Below, in pieces: positions 9,101-17,045 of a stretch of DNA of 40,081 bases; the stretch's first letter is position 1, and every line of letters starts with the position of its first letter. This stretch comes from an uncultured Pirellulales bacterium. GTDB lineage: Bacteria > Planctomycetota > Phycisphaerae > Sedimentisphaerales > SM23-30. The translations under genes and the position numbers were made by a program. The stretch is taken from NCBI GenBank assembly GCA_964582655.1, contig CAZOTP010000002.1, positions 1-40,081 on the forward strand. Direction: 5' to 3'. The notes beneath the pieces are model-generated. The model was not told the origin of the DNA. It did no database searches and saw only the letters and a list, made by a program, of their open reading frames with translations.

Positions 9101-10161
9101 GCGTACACCTTTTCGATTTCTTCGAGAACCGCATCGGCAATCTCGACCGTCTTCTGTCTGCCTTTCTGCTGGGGCACTCCAACCCCCCGGGCGAGGGCGC
9201 TTTGGACCGCGGAACGGATCGCATCTGCGGCCGTGTTTTCTCCCAGCCATTCCAGCATCATCGCGGCGCTGAGAATCGCGGCGATGGGATTGGCAATTCC
9301 TTTTCCCGCGATATCCGGCGCGCTGCCATGGACCGGTTCGAACATCGAAGGAAAGACCCGGCCCGGATTCAGATTGGCGCTGGGGGCCAGCCCGATTCCC
9401 CCCGTGATGGCGCCGGCGAGGTCCGACAAAATATCCCCGAATAAATTCGACGCAACAACCACGTCAAACCCGGCGGGCTGAAGGGTAAAATTCATCGCCG
9501 CCGCATCCATGTGCTGCCGGTCCGCCTGCACCTGGGGATAATCCTTTCGTACCGACTCCAGCACATCATCCCAGAGCGTCATGCCATACCGCAGGGCGTT
9601 GGATTTGGTAATCAAAGTCAGATGGCCCCTTCGCTTCTTCGCCTGTTCGAACCCGAACCGCACGATTCGCTCGATGCCTTTTCGGGTGTGAATGGAAGTT
9701 TCGACGGCTACTTCCTCCGGCGAACCGGTCTTGAACCGCCCGCCGCAGGCGACGTATTCGCCCTCGGAATTTTCCCGCAGAATCAGGATATCCACCGGAC
9801 CGGGGCTGGCCAGCACCGACGCCACACCGTCATACAAACGGCAGGGACGATAACAGATGTACTGATCGAATCGCTGGCGAATTTGAACCAGCGGCGCCAG
9901 GGTGATATGATCGGGCAGACGGGACGGATATCCCAGCGCTCCCAGAAAAATCGCATCAAATTTCCGAAGCTGATCCAAAAAATCATCCGGCACAACCGCG
10001 CCGTGCCGATCGTAATAATCGCATCCCCATGGAACCGTTTCGCCGTCCAGACGAAACCCGCCGTCTTTTTTCTGAATTCGTTCCAGCACGCGAATCGCCT
10101 CTCGAATCACATCCACCCCGATGCCGTCCCCTGGATATATCGCGATTCGGTGCGTCTTCAT
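9097..10161 (-). CDS. Tartrate dehydrogenase/D-malate dehydrogenase (decarboxylating)/3-isopropylmalate dehydrogenase family
   Basis: MKTHRIAIYPGDGIGVDVIREAIRVLE... and NLFGDILSD are hallmarks of the isocitrate/isopropylmalate dehydrogenase family. About 354 aa from ATG 10159-10161, which overlaps the upstream stop (ATGA). Confidence 0.8.
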   Translation of the reverse strand: MKTHRIAIYPGDGIGVDVIREAIRVLERIQKKDGGFRLDGETVPWGCDYYDRHGAVVPDDFLDQLRKFDAIFLGALGYPSRLPDHITLAPLVQIRQRFDQYICYRPCRLYDGVASVLASPGPVDILILRENSEGEYVACGGRFKTGSPEEVAVETSIHTRKGIERIVRFGFEQAKKRRGHLTLITKSNALRYGMTLWDDVLESVRKDYPQVQADRQHMDAAAMNFTLQPAGFDVVVASNLFGDILSDLAGAITGGIGLAPSANLNPGRVFPSMFEPVHGSAPDIAGKGIANPIAAILSAAMMLEWLGENTAADAIRSAVQSALARGVGVPQQKGRQKTVEIADAVLEEIEKVYA

Positions 10162-10955
10162 GGCCGGTCCCCCTTCGCACGGACACTTTGCAGGACCTGC
10201 GGCCAGACGCGGCTCAAATCCATCACATCCCCGGCAAAAAACGCCAAGTCGCACCCCGCTTCCACCGCCGATTCCAACAGTTTGCCCGGCCGAACCAGTA
10301 TGCCGGCGTGTTTGCCCATCCGTTTTGCCGTGCGAATGCAATCCAGCGCCGTTTTTATTAAATCCAGATTGTCAAATTCCCCCGTGCATCCCAGCGCTGC
10401 GGAGAGATCGCCCGGCCCGATAAAAATCCCCGACAATCCTTCCACCGCGCAGATGGCCTCGACATTCGCCGCCGCCTGGCGAGTCTCTATCTGCGCGAAT
10501 ACATGGGTTCGGTCATTGGCCTTCGAAAACGCCGTTGTACAAGGCTCCAGCCCGAATTCCACGCCGCGGCTGCGGTTATTGAACCCCCGCTGTCCTAGAG
10601 GGGGAAATTTTCCCCATTCCACCATCTGCCTGGCCTGCTGGGCGGTATTGACCATCGGGACCACGACGATACCCGCCCCCACTTCCAGCGAACGGAGAAT
10701 ATATGTCCGCTGAAGCTCCGATACGCGGATCGTGGGGACCGCCCCGCCGGCCTGCGCCGCCAGGCAGAGCGACTCCGCCTCCCGAAACGTAGTCGAACAA
10801 TGTTCCATGTCGATCCATACCGTATCAAATCCCACGCGCCCCGCCAGTTCTGCCAGCATGGTCGAACCTGAATATAAAATCGCACCCCGCACCAGTCGCG
10901 GCTGCCCCTCTTGATTCACAAACAGATCGTTCTTCATGTTCATTTGATCCTGCAT
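10158..10955 (-). CDS. HpcH/HpaI-family class II (metal-dependent) 2-keto-3-deoxy-acid aldolase
   Basis: GFDTVWIDMEHC...VVPMVNTAQQARQMVEWGKFPPLGQRG is typical of HpcH/HpaI, YfaU and GarL-type aldolases. The start is chosen at ATG 10953-10955, which overlaps the GntR stop (TAATG) and gives 265 aa, the normal family size. The longer ORF in the track runs into the regulator gene. Confidence 0.8.
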   Translation of the reverse strand: MQDQMNMKNDLFVNQEGQPRLVRGAILYSGSTMLAELAGRVGFDTVWIDMEHCSTTFREAESLCLAAQAGGAVPTIRVSELQRTYILRSLEVGAGIVVVPMVNTAQQARQMVEWGKFPPLGQRGFNNRSRGVEFGLEPCTTAFSKANDRTHVFAQIETRQAAANVEAICAVEGLSGIFIGPGDLSAALGCTGEFDNLDLIKTALDCIRTAKRMGKHAGILVRPGKLLESAVEAGCDLAFFAGDVMDLSRVWPQVLQSVRAKGDRP

Positions 10956-11674
10956 TATACGGACAAGATCCATTTTGGAGCAAAGGTCCCCTCTTGAATC
11001 TGCTCCTCGATTCCTTCTCCCAGATTTCCGATATGATCCCGCATCAGCCGCTCCGCTTCTTCCTCCCGGCCCTCCTCGACGGCTTTCAACACCGCCAGGT
11101 GCTCCTGGAGAATCGCTTCCGCGCTTTTTTCCTGTCCCCGGATTATCTTCCCCAGCACCCAGAAATTCTCCGAAAGCCGCTGGAGCATCCGGTTGCCCGA
11201 AATCTCGATCAGCCTCTGATGAAACAGCCGATCCTGATAGGCCCACTCCTCCTGCCGATTTTCCTGCGAGAGGGCATAGATCGTCCTGGCATGATCCTCA
11301 AGCCGGCGGATTTGCTCTCTCGTGATTCGCCGGCAGCACAAACGTACCGCCAATCCCTCCAGCATCGCCCGGATCTGGATGGACTCCACAATCATCGCGC
11401 CATCCAGGGGACCGACAAAAACCCCCCGGTTGTCGTTGGTTTCCACCAGTCCGCCGATCTGAAGTTCCAGCAGGGCCTCCCGGATGACGCCCTGTGCCAC
11501 GCCGCATTTTTTCGCCAGTTCCTGCTGTCCCAGCCTCTGCCCCTGCCGGAATTTTCCCGACAGAATCATATCCTGAATCATCTGTCTGGCCCGATGCCGG
11601 GAGGGGATTCGGGTGCCGTTTTTGCCTTCTCCCGCTTTGACGGTTTTTTGGGGTGTTATGGTCTTGTTTGGCAT
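10955..11674 (-). CDS. GntR-family transcriptional regulator, FadR/FCD subfamily
   Basis: 239 aa with an N-terminal winged-HTH (QELAKKCGVAQGVIREALLELQIGGLVE) and a C-terminal helical FCD-like domain. It is the first gene of the operon. Confidence 0.9.
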   Translation of the reverse strand: MPNKTITPQKTVKAGEGKNGTRIPSRHRARQMIQDMILSGKFRQGQRLGQQELAKKCGVAQGVIREALLELQIGGLVETNDNRGVFVGPLDGAMIVESIQIRAMLEGLAVRLCCRRITREQIRRLEDHARTIYALSQENRQEEWAYQDRLFHQRLIEISGNRMLQRLSENFWVLGKIIRGQEKSAEAILQEHLAVLKAVEEGREEEAERLMRDHIGNLGEGIEEQIQEGTFAPKWILSV

Positions 11675-11677
11675 GGT

Positions 11678-11690
11678 CTATAAATTATAG
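11678..11690. promoter_or_regulatory. Perfect 6-1-6 palindrome CTATAA-a-TTATAG (candidate GntR operator)
   Basis: Read directly from the sequence. It lies 4 nt upstream of the regulator ATG and contains the candidate -10 box. The core TATAAATTAT recurs as a direct repeat 20 bp away (11679-11688 and 11699-11708). Confidence 0.4.
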
Positions 11691-11711
11691 ATAATTTTTA
11701 TAAATTATCAA
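11684..11711 (-). promoter_or_regulatory. Sigma70-like promoter TTGATA-N16-TATAAT for the GntR-headed operon
   Basis: On the minus strand the sequence reads TTGATAatttataaaaattatcTATAATttatagaccATG. The -10 box ends 9 nt before the ATG, which implies a leaderless or near-leaderless transcript. Confidence 0.4.
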
Positions 11712-11830
11712 TAATAATATGAACCGTGTTGGAAATTGCCGGTCTCGACCCGTTAAAAAAGATGTTACTCCTTATTAGACATGAAGTTGTGATATTATAG
11801 ATATTTTCCAGGACGGGGATGGGATACCTG

Positions 11831-11859
11831 AAAAATAACGGCATTCGATTCCCGAATGC
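11831..11859 (-). terminator. Rho-independent terminator ending the transketolase operon
   Basis: On the minus strand the sequence reads GCATTCG-ggaat-CGAATGC followed by CGTTATTTTT. It lies 30 nt downstream of the isomerase stop (11889). Confidence 0.55.
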
Positions 11860-11888
11860 GGATGAAAACCGAAAACCGAGGCCCTCCG

Positions 11889-13295
11889 CTATCGATCATA
11901 GTCGTAGAATTCGATATTCAGCAGATTCGTTAAATGTTGCAATTCCGCCTTGAGATTCCCTTCGACGGCAAGGATATGATTGGAGCCGAAGGTTTGCAGG
12001 AAGCGGGTTTTGTCGATCTGGACTTGGGCGAAGATGAGGGGCCTGACCAGGAGGGGAGACTGAGGCGGAAGCTGTTCCTGGACGGTTTTTCCGGTTATGA
12101 CACCCAAGGCATACCGGTCTTGCTGACGGAAGAGGCGGGCGAAGGTCATTTCGCGGCCTGGGGGGACGATGAATTGCGTGGAACCGCCTCCGGCCTGTCC
12201 GAAATTGTGGGGACCGAGGGTCAGAGATGCGAGATTTTCCTGCGGATTTTGGGAGAGGCGGGTGAAATAGGTGGCCATGGCGCCGCAGTTGGCGAGGGTG
12301 AGGCGGTTTTCGGTTACCTGCACCAAATCGTTTAGGGAGGTCGGTTTTCCGCCACTGAGGAGTTTTAGAATCTGCATCGTGAGGGCACCGTCGGCGTCGG
12401 CTTCGCAACTGCAGCAGATGGGCTCCTTGAGGCCTTCGGCATCATAGGGATCGTTGCAGAGAGAAACGGCCAGGCACTGGAGACAATAGTGGTTGCTCAT
12501 TTCGGTCTGGCATTTGACGCCGAGGAAATCCAGTTCATGCGCCCGGATGATTTCCTTGAGAGCGAGGTAGGAGCGAATCTGTCTTTCCAGGTGTTTCGAA
12601 GTGAACGTGGTTTCGTTGAATCGGAGAGCGCCGGTGTTTTGGGAAATCCAGTCGATATGCCGGCGGACCAGCGGTTCGGTCTGGTTTTCCGCCCGGAACA
12701 CGATTTCATACTGATCGATGTGTTCGATGTCCACCGCGAAGGTGCGCTGCCAGAGGGACAGGTCGGCGGTACCGGTGCTGATTCCCAGGGAGCGGCCTCC
12801 GAGGCCGCCGAAGGTCTGGCCCCGCAACTGCTGTTTTGCGGCGGCGGCGCGGAGGAAGTGAATCAGGCTGGAGCGGTGCGGCTCGACGACGGCGTCGCCG
12901 GGGACCCGAAAGCAGGGCGTTCCGATCTGCTGCATAGCACCGCTGACCGCCAGGAACGCCAACTGGCTGATGGAATCCGGGGCTTCGTTGCAGGCCAGGG
13001 CGATGGGGACGGGAATCAGGTTGGCGGTGTGGGCGACGACAGCGGGGGCAACGAAAATGCCGACGTAGAGGATGACCGCATCCACGCGGGCGGCTTGCAG
13101 CTCGGCGACGGCCTGAAGGGCCTGCTTTTTTCCGCGAATTTCCCGCGCGGCGGGCCAAACGATTTCGACCTCGTTGCCCAAAGCGGCGGCAAAACGGTTC
13201 ACTTCGCGGTCGCAAACAGGTTTTCGTTTTTGATAGACATCTTCGCGAGCCAGCGATTCGCTGAATACCAGCAATCCCACTTTCGGACGAATCAT
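11889..13295 (-). CDS. L-fucose/L-arabinose isomerase-family sugar isomerase
   Basis: About 468 aa from ATG 13293-13295 (MIRPKVGLLVFSESLAREDVY...), which overlaps the upstream stop (ATGA). The layout and size match the fucose-isomerase-like family. The family call is by resemblance. Confidence 0.65.
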   Translation of the reverse strand: MIRPKVGLLVFSESLAREDVYQKRKPVCDREVNRFAAALGNEVEIVWPAAREIRGKKQALQAVAELQAARVDAVILYVGIFVAPAVVAHTANLIPVPIALACNEAPDSISQLAFLAVSGAMQQIGTPCFRVPGDAVVEPHRSSLIHFLRAAAAKQQLRGQTFGGLGGRSLGISTGTADLSLWQRTFAVDIEHIDQYEIVFRAENQTEPLVRRHIDWISQNTGALRFNETTFTSKHLERQIRSYLALKEIIRAHELDFLGVKCQTEMSNHYCLQCLAVSLCNDPYDAEGLKEPICCSCEADADGALTMQILKLLSGGKPTSLNDLVQVTENRLTLANCGAMATYFTRLSQNPQENLASLTLGPHNFGQAGGGSTQFIVPPGREMTFARLFRQQDRYALGVITGKTVQEQLPPQSPLLVRPLIFAQVQIDKTRFLQTFGSNHILAVEGNLKAELQHLTNLLNIEFYDYDR

Positions 13296-14182
13296 GACTG
13301 CACCTCCTGCAGAGATTTTGGAATCAGGGGCCCAATAGAGCGAACGGGGGAGCAGCAGATCGGCTGACACAATCCCCTTGCGCTTAAAATGGCTTTCACT
13401 TTCATGACGGGATTGACTTCCGGGCCAAATTCGTTCCAGACGCAGAGCATGCGCTGCTGGAGCTCTTTTGCCTTTTGAGTATCGCCGGTTCCGACGGCGC
13501 GGATCATCTCTTTGCATATATTCGGCTCGACGTTGGTGTAGGACATGACCAGGCCGTCGGCGCCCAGTTCCAGTGCCTGAAAGGCCGTCCGCATTTCGCC
13601 GTTCATGACGCTCAGATCGCCCAGTTCCTGCCTGATTTCGATCAGTTTTTGAATATAGCCCAGGTCACCGGAGCTGTCTTTGATGCCAAGAATCCGTTTC
13701 TTTTGCCGCAGGATTCGCACGACATCGAGGGGGATGGCGACGCCATCGGTTTTGACGGGGAAGTTATAGAGAATCAGGGGTTTTTCCGTGGCGTCGTAAA
13801 TTGCCTGAACGTGGTCGATCATTTCGGGGGGATTTTTGAGCCAGTGGAAGATGGGCATCATGACGACGAGGGCATCGACCTGCTGCCTCGCGGCGCGTCT
13901 GGCCCAGAGGACGGCGCGGCGTGTGGCGGTTTCGGCGACTCCGACGAAGACGGGAAGACCGGGATTGAGCTCCAGGACGGCATCCAGGAGTCTGTCTCTG
14001 GCGGAATCCGTCAGGCAGGGTCCTTCGCCGCAGCTCCCCAGAAGGAACAGGGCGTCCGTTCCGTTTTCGCGCTGGAAGGAAATTAACTGCTGGAGAGGTT
14101 TGACATCCACCTCTTCATCCGCATTCAAGGGAGTAATCAGAGGAACCACGGAACCGCGCAATGAAAATGACTGTTTCGACAT
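13292..14182 (-). CDS. DHDPS/N-acetylneuraminate-lyase-family class I aldolase (or 2-keto-3-deoxy-acid dehydratase)
   Basis: 296 aa with the family motifs GSCGEG, LYNFP and the Schiff-base lysine motif GIKDSSG. Confidence 0.85.
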   Translation of the reverse strand: MSKQSFSLRGSVVPLITPLNADEEVDVKPLQQLISFQRENGTDALFLLGSCGEGPCLTDSARDRLLDAVLELNPGLPVFVGVAETATRRAVLWARRAARQQVDALVVMMPIFHWLKNPPEMIDHVQAIYDATEKPLILYNFPVKTDGVAIPLDVVRILRQKKRILGIKDSSGDLGYIQKLIEIRQELGDLSVMNGEMRTAFQALELGADGLVMSYTNVEPNICKEMIRAVGTGDTQKAKELQQRMLCVWNEFGPEVNPVMKVKAILSARGLCQPICCSPVRSIGPLIPKSLQEVQS

Positions 14183-14184
14183 AT

Positions 14185-15135
14185 TTACCTTTTCTGTTTT
14201 TGCTGGAGGACTTCTTCAACAGCGGTGATAATGGCTTCGGGTGAAAGACCGTAATGGCGCTGCAGCTCTGCATAGCTTCCGGACTGGCCAAACTGATCGG
14301 GAATAGCGATTATTCGCATTGGAATCGGGCAGGTTTCCGCCAAAAAACGGCTGATATAGGAGCCCATTCCGCCATATACGCTATGTTCTTCGCAGGTGAC
14401 CATACAGCGGCATTCCCGGGCAGCGGATAATATCACGTTTCCATCGAGAGGTTTGATCGTGTGAAGATCGATGAGGCGGACGGAGATTCCTTTTTGGGTC
14501 AACTGTTCCGCTGCTTGGCGAACTCTGTCAAAGATATGGCCGGTGGAGACCAGGGCCACATCGTTTCCGGGCTGTCGGATAAGGGCTTTTCCGATTTGGA
14601 AGGGAAGCGGATAATCCAGGCGGTTTACTTCAGCGCGGGATAAGCGGAGAAAAACCGGTCCGTCGTGTTCGAGGGCGGCCTCCAGCGCCAGTTCGGTTTC
14701 CGTCGCGTCCGCCGGACAGATCACGGTCATATTCGGCATGGAGAGGAAGAAGGATAGATCTTCGACGGATTGGTGGCTGCCGCCATCGGCGAAATCGCTC
14801 AGTCCCGCATAGCCGCCGGCGAAAATCACGGGGAGGCGGCTGTAGGCGATCTGGCTTCGGACCTGATCGGATGCGCGGGTGGCCAGCAGAAAAGCGAAGG
14901 CAGAGACCAGCGGTCTCATCCCAGCGGCGGCGAGACCGGCAGCGACCGAGACCATGTTGGCTTCCGCGATGCCGCAGTTGAGGAAGCGGTCGGGAAATGC
15001 CGTCTGGAACAGCCTGGTTTGCGTCGAAGAGGAGGTGTCGGCATCGAGCACGACTAAATCTTTGTGCTTTTGGCCCATTCGAACCAGATGTTCGCCAAAG
15101 ACGCGGCGCATGGGAGATGGCTGTTCGGTCGTCAT
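14185..15135 (-). CDS. Transketolase, C-terminal (Pyr plus C-terminal domain) subunit
   Basis: MTTEQPSPMRRVFGEHLV...FLNCGIAEANMVSVAAGLA is typical of the B subunit of split transketolases. ATG 15133-15135 overlaps the upstream stop (ATGA). Confidence 0.9.
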   Translation of the reverse strand: MTTEQPSPMRRVFGEHLVRMGQKHKDLVVLDADTSSSTQTRLFQTAFPDRFLNCGIAEANMVSVAAGLAAAGMRPLVSAFAFLLATRASDQVRSQIAYSRLPVIFAGGYAGLSDFADGGSHQSVEDLSFFLSMPNMTVICPADATETELALEAALEHDGPVFLRLSRAEVNRLDYPLPFQIGKALIRQPGNDVALVSTGHIFDRVRQAAEQLTQKGISVRLIDLHTIKPLDGNVILSAARECRCMVTCEEHSVYGGMGSYISRFLAETCPIPMRIIAIPDQFGQSGSYAELQRHYGLSPEAIITAVEEVLQQKQKR

Positions 15136-15959
15136 GGAGTTGGCTCCAGGTCTTTCATCGCGGTCTGATATTCTTTCTCGGAAAGGGGCGCTCCGTGCCA
15201 GACGTGATTGCCTTCCATGAAGGAGACGCCTTTTCCTTTTACGGTGCGGGCGAGAACGGCGACAGGACCTTTTGCCTGCATCGCCTCCTGCAGGGCCTGA
15301 TACACGGACCGGCAATCATGACCGTCGCAGGAAAGAGCGGCCCAGCCAAAGGCGTGGAATTTATCCGCCAGATTTCCCAGAGGTATGATATCGTTGGTGG
15401 CGCCATCGAGCTGGATGCTGTTCCAGTCCACAATGACAACCAGATTCGGGAGGTTGAGTTTTGCCGCGAGCATGGCGGCTTCCCAGTTTTGACCTTCGTC
15501 GAGTTCGCCATCGCCCGTCAGGACGAAGACCCGCCATGGTTCCCGGCGATGTCTTGCGGCCCAGGCCATGCCGATGCCGTTGGAGATTCCCATTCCCAGC
15601 GAGCCGGTGGATATTTCGACGCCGGGTACCTTCCGCATATCGGGATGGCCCTGGAGGGGGCTGCCGAATTGACGCAGGGTCTGAAGCTGATGGGCGGGGA
15701 AAAACCCTCTCTTAGCCAGGATGGCATACAGGCTCGGCGCCGCGTGTCCCTTGGATAAGACCAAGCGGTCGCGCTGGGGCCAGTCGGGGTGATAGGGGCG
15801 GAGATTCAAAATTGCCCGGTACAAGACGACGAGAATTTCCGCACAGGAGAGCGACCCGCCGCAATGCCCGGATCCGGCGCGATAGGCCATCTCAATTACG
15901 GTGCGGCGCAGCTCCTGCGCCTCCCGCCGCCAAAGCTCAAAATCATTCTGATCCGGCAT
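15132..15959 (-). CDS. Transketolase, N-terminal (ThDP/PP-domain) subunit
   Basis: GHCGGSLSCAEILVVLY and the ThDP-Mg motif GDGELDEGQNWEA are present. The start is ATG 15957-15959, 2 nt after the upstream stop. Confidence 0.9.
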   Translation of the reverse strand: MPDQNDFELWRREAQELRRTVIEMAYRAGSGHCGGSLSCAEILVVLYRAILNLRPYHPDWPQRDRLVLSKGHAAPSLYAILAKRGFFPAHQLQTLRQFGSPLQGHPDMRKVPGVEISTGSLGMGISNGIGMAWAARHRREPWRVFVLTGDGELDEGQNWEAAMLAAKLNLPNLVVIVDWNSIQLDGATNDIIPLGNLADKFHAFGWAALSCDGHDCRSVYQALQEAMQAKGPVAVLARTVKGKGVSFMEGNHVWHGAPLSEKEYQTAMKDLEPTP

Positions 15960-15961
15960 CG

Positions 15962-17035
15962 TCAATACTCCTTCCTGACAATCAGGCACAATCCTTCCGG
16001 CCGGAGGCGATTCAGGAGCATCTGAATCTGGTGTTCCGTTTTCAGGTTCATGATAATGACGGCTTTGCCGGCCCGCTGAATCCGCTGAAAGGGTTCGACC
16101 ATATCCTCCAGAGACGGGCCTGTCGGATCCAAAGCCCATTCAATCGCCGCCAGTTCCCGGATTTCCAATAGAGCGTCCAGGTGCTGAACGGCGGAGGAGT
16201 GAAAATGAATCGTAACCGTATCAAAAGCACAGGCGATTTTGCGGTAAGAGGGAACCAAGAGGTTCTGAAAATGTGCCGGGGACAGGATATTGGCGATATC
16301 GGCCTGAGTGACGATGTTTCGTCCGGGTCCCCAGATCCGATATCGATTGATCGAACCGCCATGAAAGGGCGGCAGGACCTCAAATTGAGCCTGGTATAAT
16401 TGAATGACGCAATCCGTCAGCCAGTCGGACATGGCTTATACCACCGCCCCCTTAGCATACAGCCCCAGCCAGACTCTTTCCGCGCCGATCAGGGCTTCGA
16501 GGCAATCCGCCGGTCCTCGCAGGAGAGTTTCGCTGATGAGATATTCCCCCGCCGAGGCATCCACGTTTTTTCGTGTCGCTTCGGCGAGCTTGTCCCGCCA
16601 GAGAGCGTTCAGACCGGCCATCAGTTGATCCAGGTTTTCCCGAACCTTTTCACCCGGCTTGGTCCAGACGGTTTGTGCCCGGCTGGAGAGATACACATTC
16701 GCACCGGTATAACCCTCGCTCCAGGGAATGGGTTCCAGGGGCATTTTCGCGGGGAACAGATCATCGCCCGGCAGAACCGCCGGACGAACTTGCGTATCGG
16801 CCGTGATGACGCGTTCGGTGATATCGGATGCGGCAAAAGGGCCTTCATGCTGAATCCGTAAATTCTGGAGCGGAAACAGGCGGCTCATCGGAGCGCAGCC
16901 GATGAGAGGAGTGCTGCCGGATTTGCGCCGCCAGAACGACGCATGATGAGCAAGAAGGTTTTCCTGTCGCGATGGATCCAGAGAAGTCAGCCAACTCGAT
17001 TCCGGAAAGACAGGGATGGGTCTGTTTGAAATCAT
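15962..17035 (-). pseudogene. URO-D-fold (uroporphyrinogen decarboxylase/MtaA-like) protein interrupted by a single in-frame TAA (16436-16438); alternatively a naturally split two-piece gene
   Basis: ORFs 16436..17035 (199 aa) and 15962..16432 (156 aa) are in the same frame. They are separated only by TAA-GCC-ATG (...KGAVV*AMSDWLTD...). Together they give about 356 aa, the normal URO-D-family length. The break falls in what looks like one continuous domain. Confidence 0.5.
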
Positions 17036-17045
17036 AAATTCCTCA

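Noticed and set aside
9101-9250. Long N-terminal extensions in the ORF track for six minus-strand genes (ends 9250, 10341, 11246, 13517, 15315, 16139) and one plus-strand gene (start 29940)
   Set aside because: The extensions are R/G/P-rich and lie inside the preceding gene. In every case a family-typical N-terminus begins at an internal ATG that forms an ATGA or TAATG overlap with the upstream stop, or sits within about 40 nt of it. The shorter coordinates were used.
16436-16438. Possible stop-codon recoding (selenocysteine or pyrrolysine) at the in-frame stop in the URO-D-fold gene
   Set aside because: The codon is TAA, not TGA or TAG. No SECIS-like hairpin is apparent immediately downstream. 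A nonsense mutation, a sequencing error or a genuine split gene are simpler explanations.
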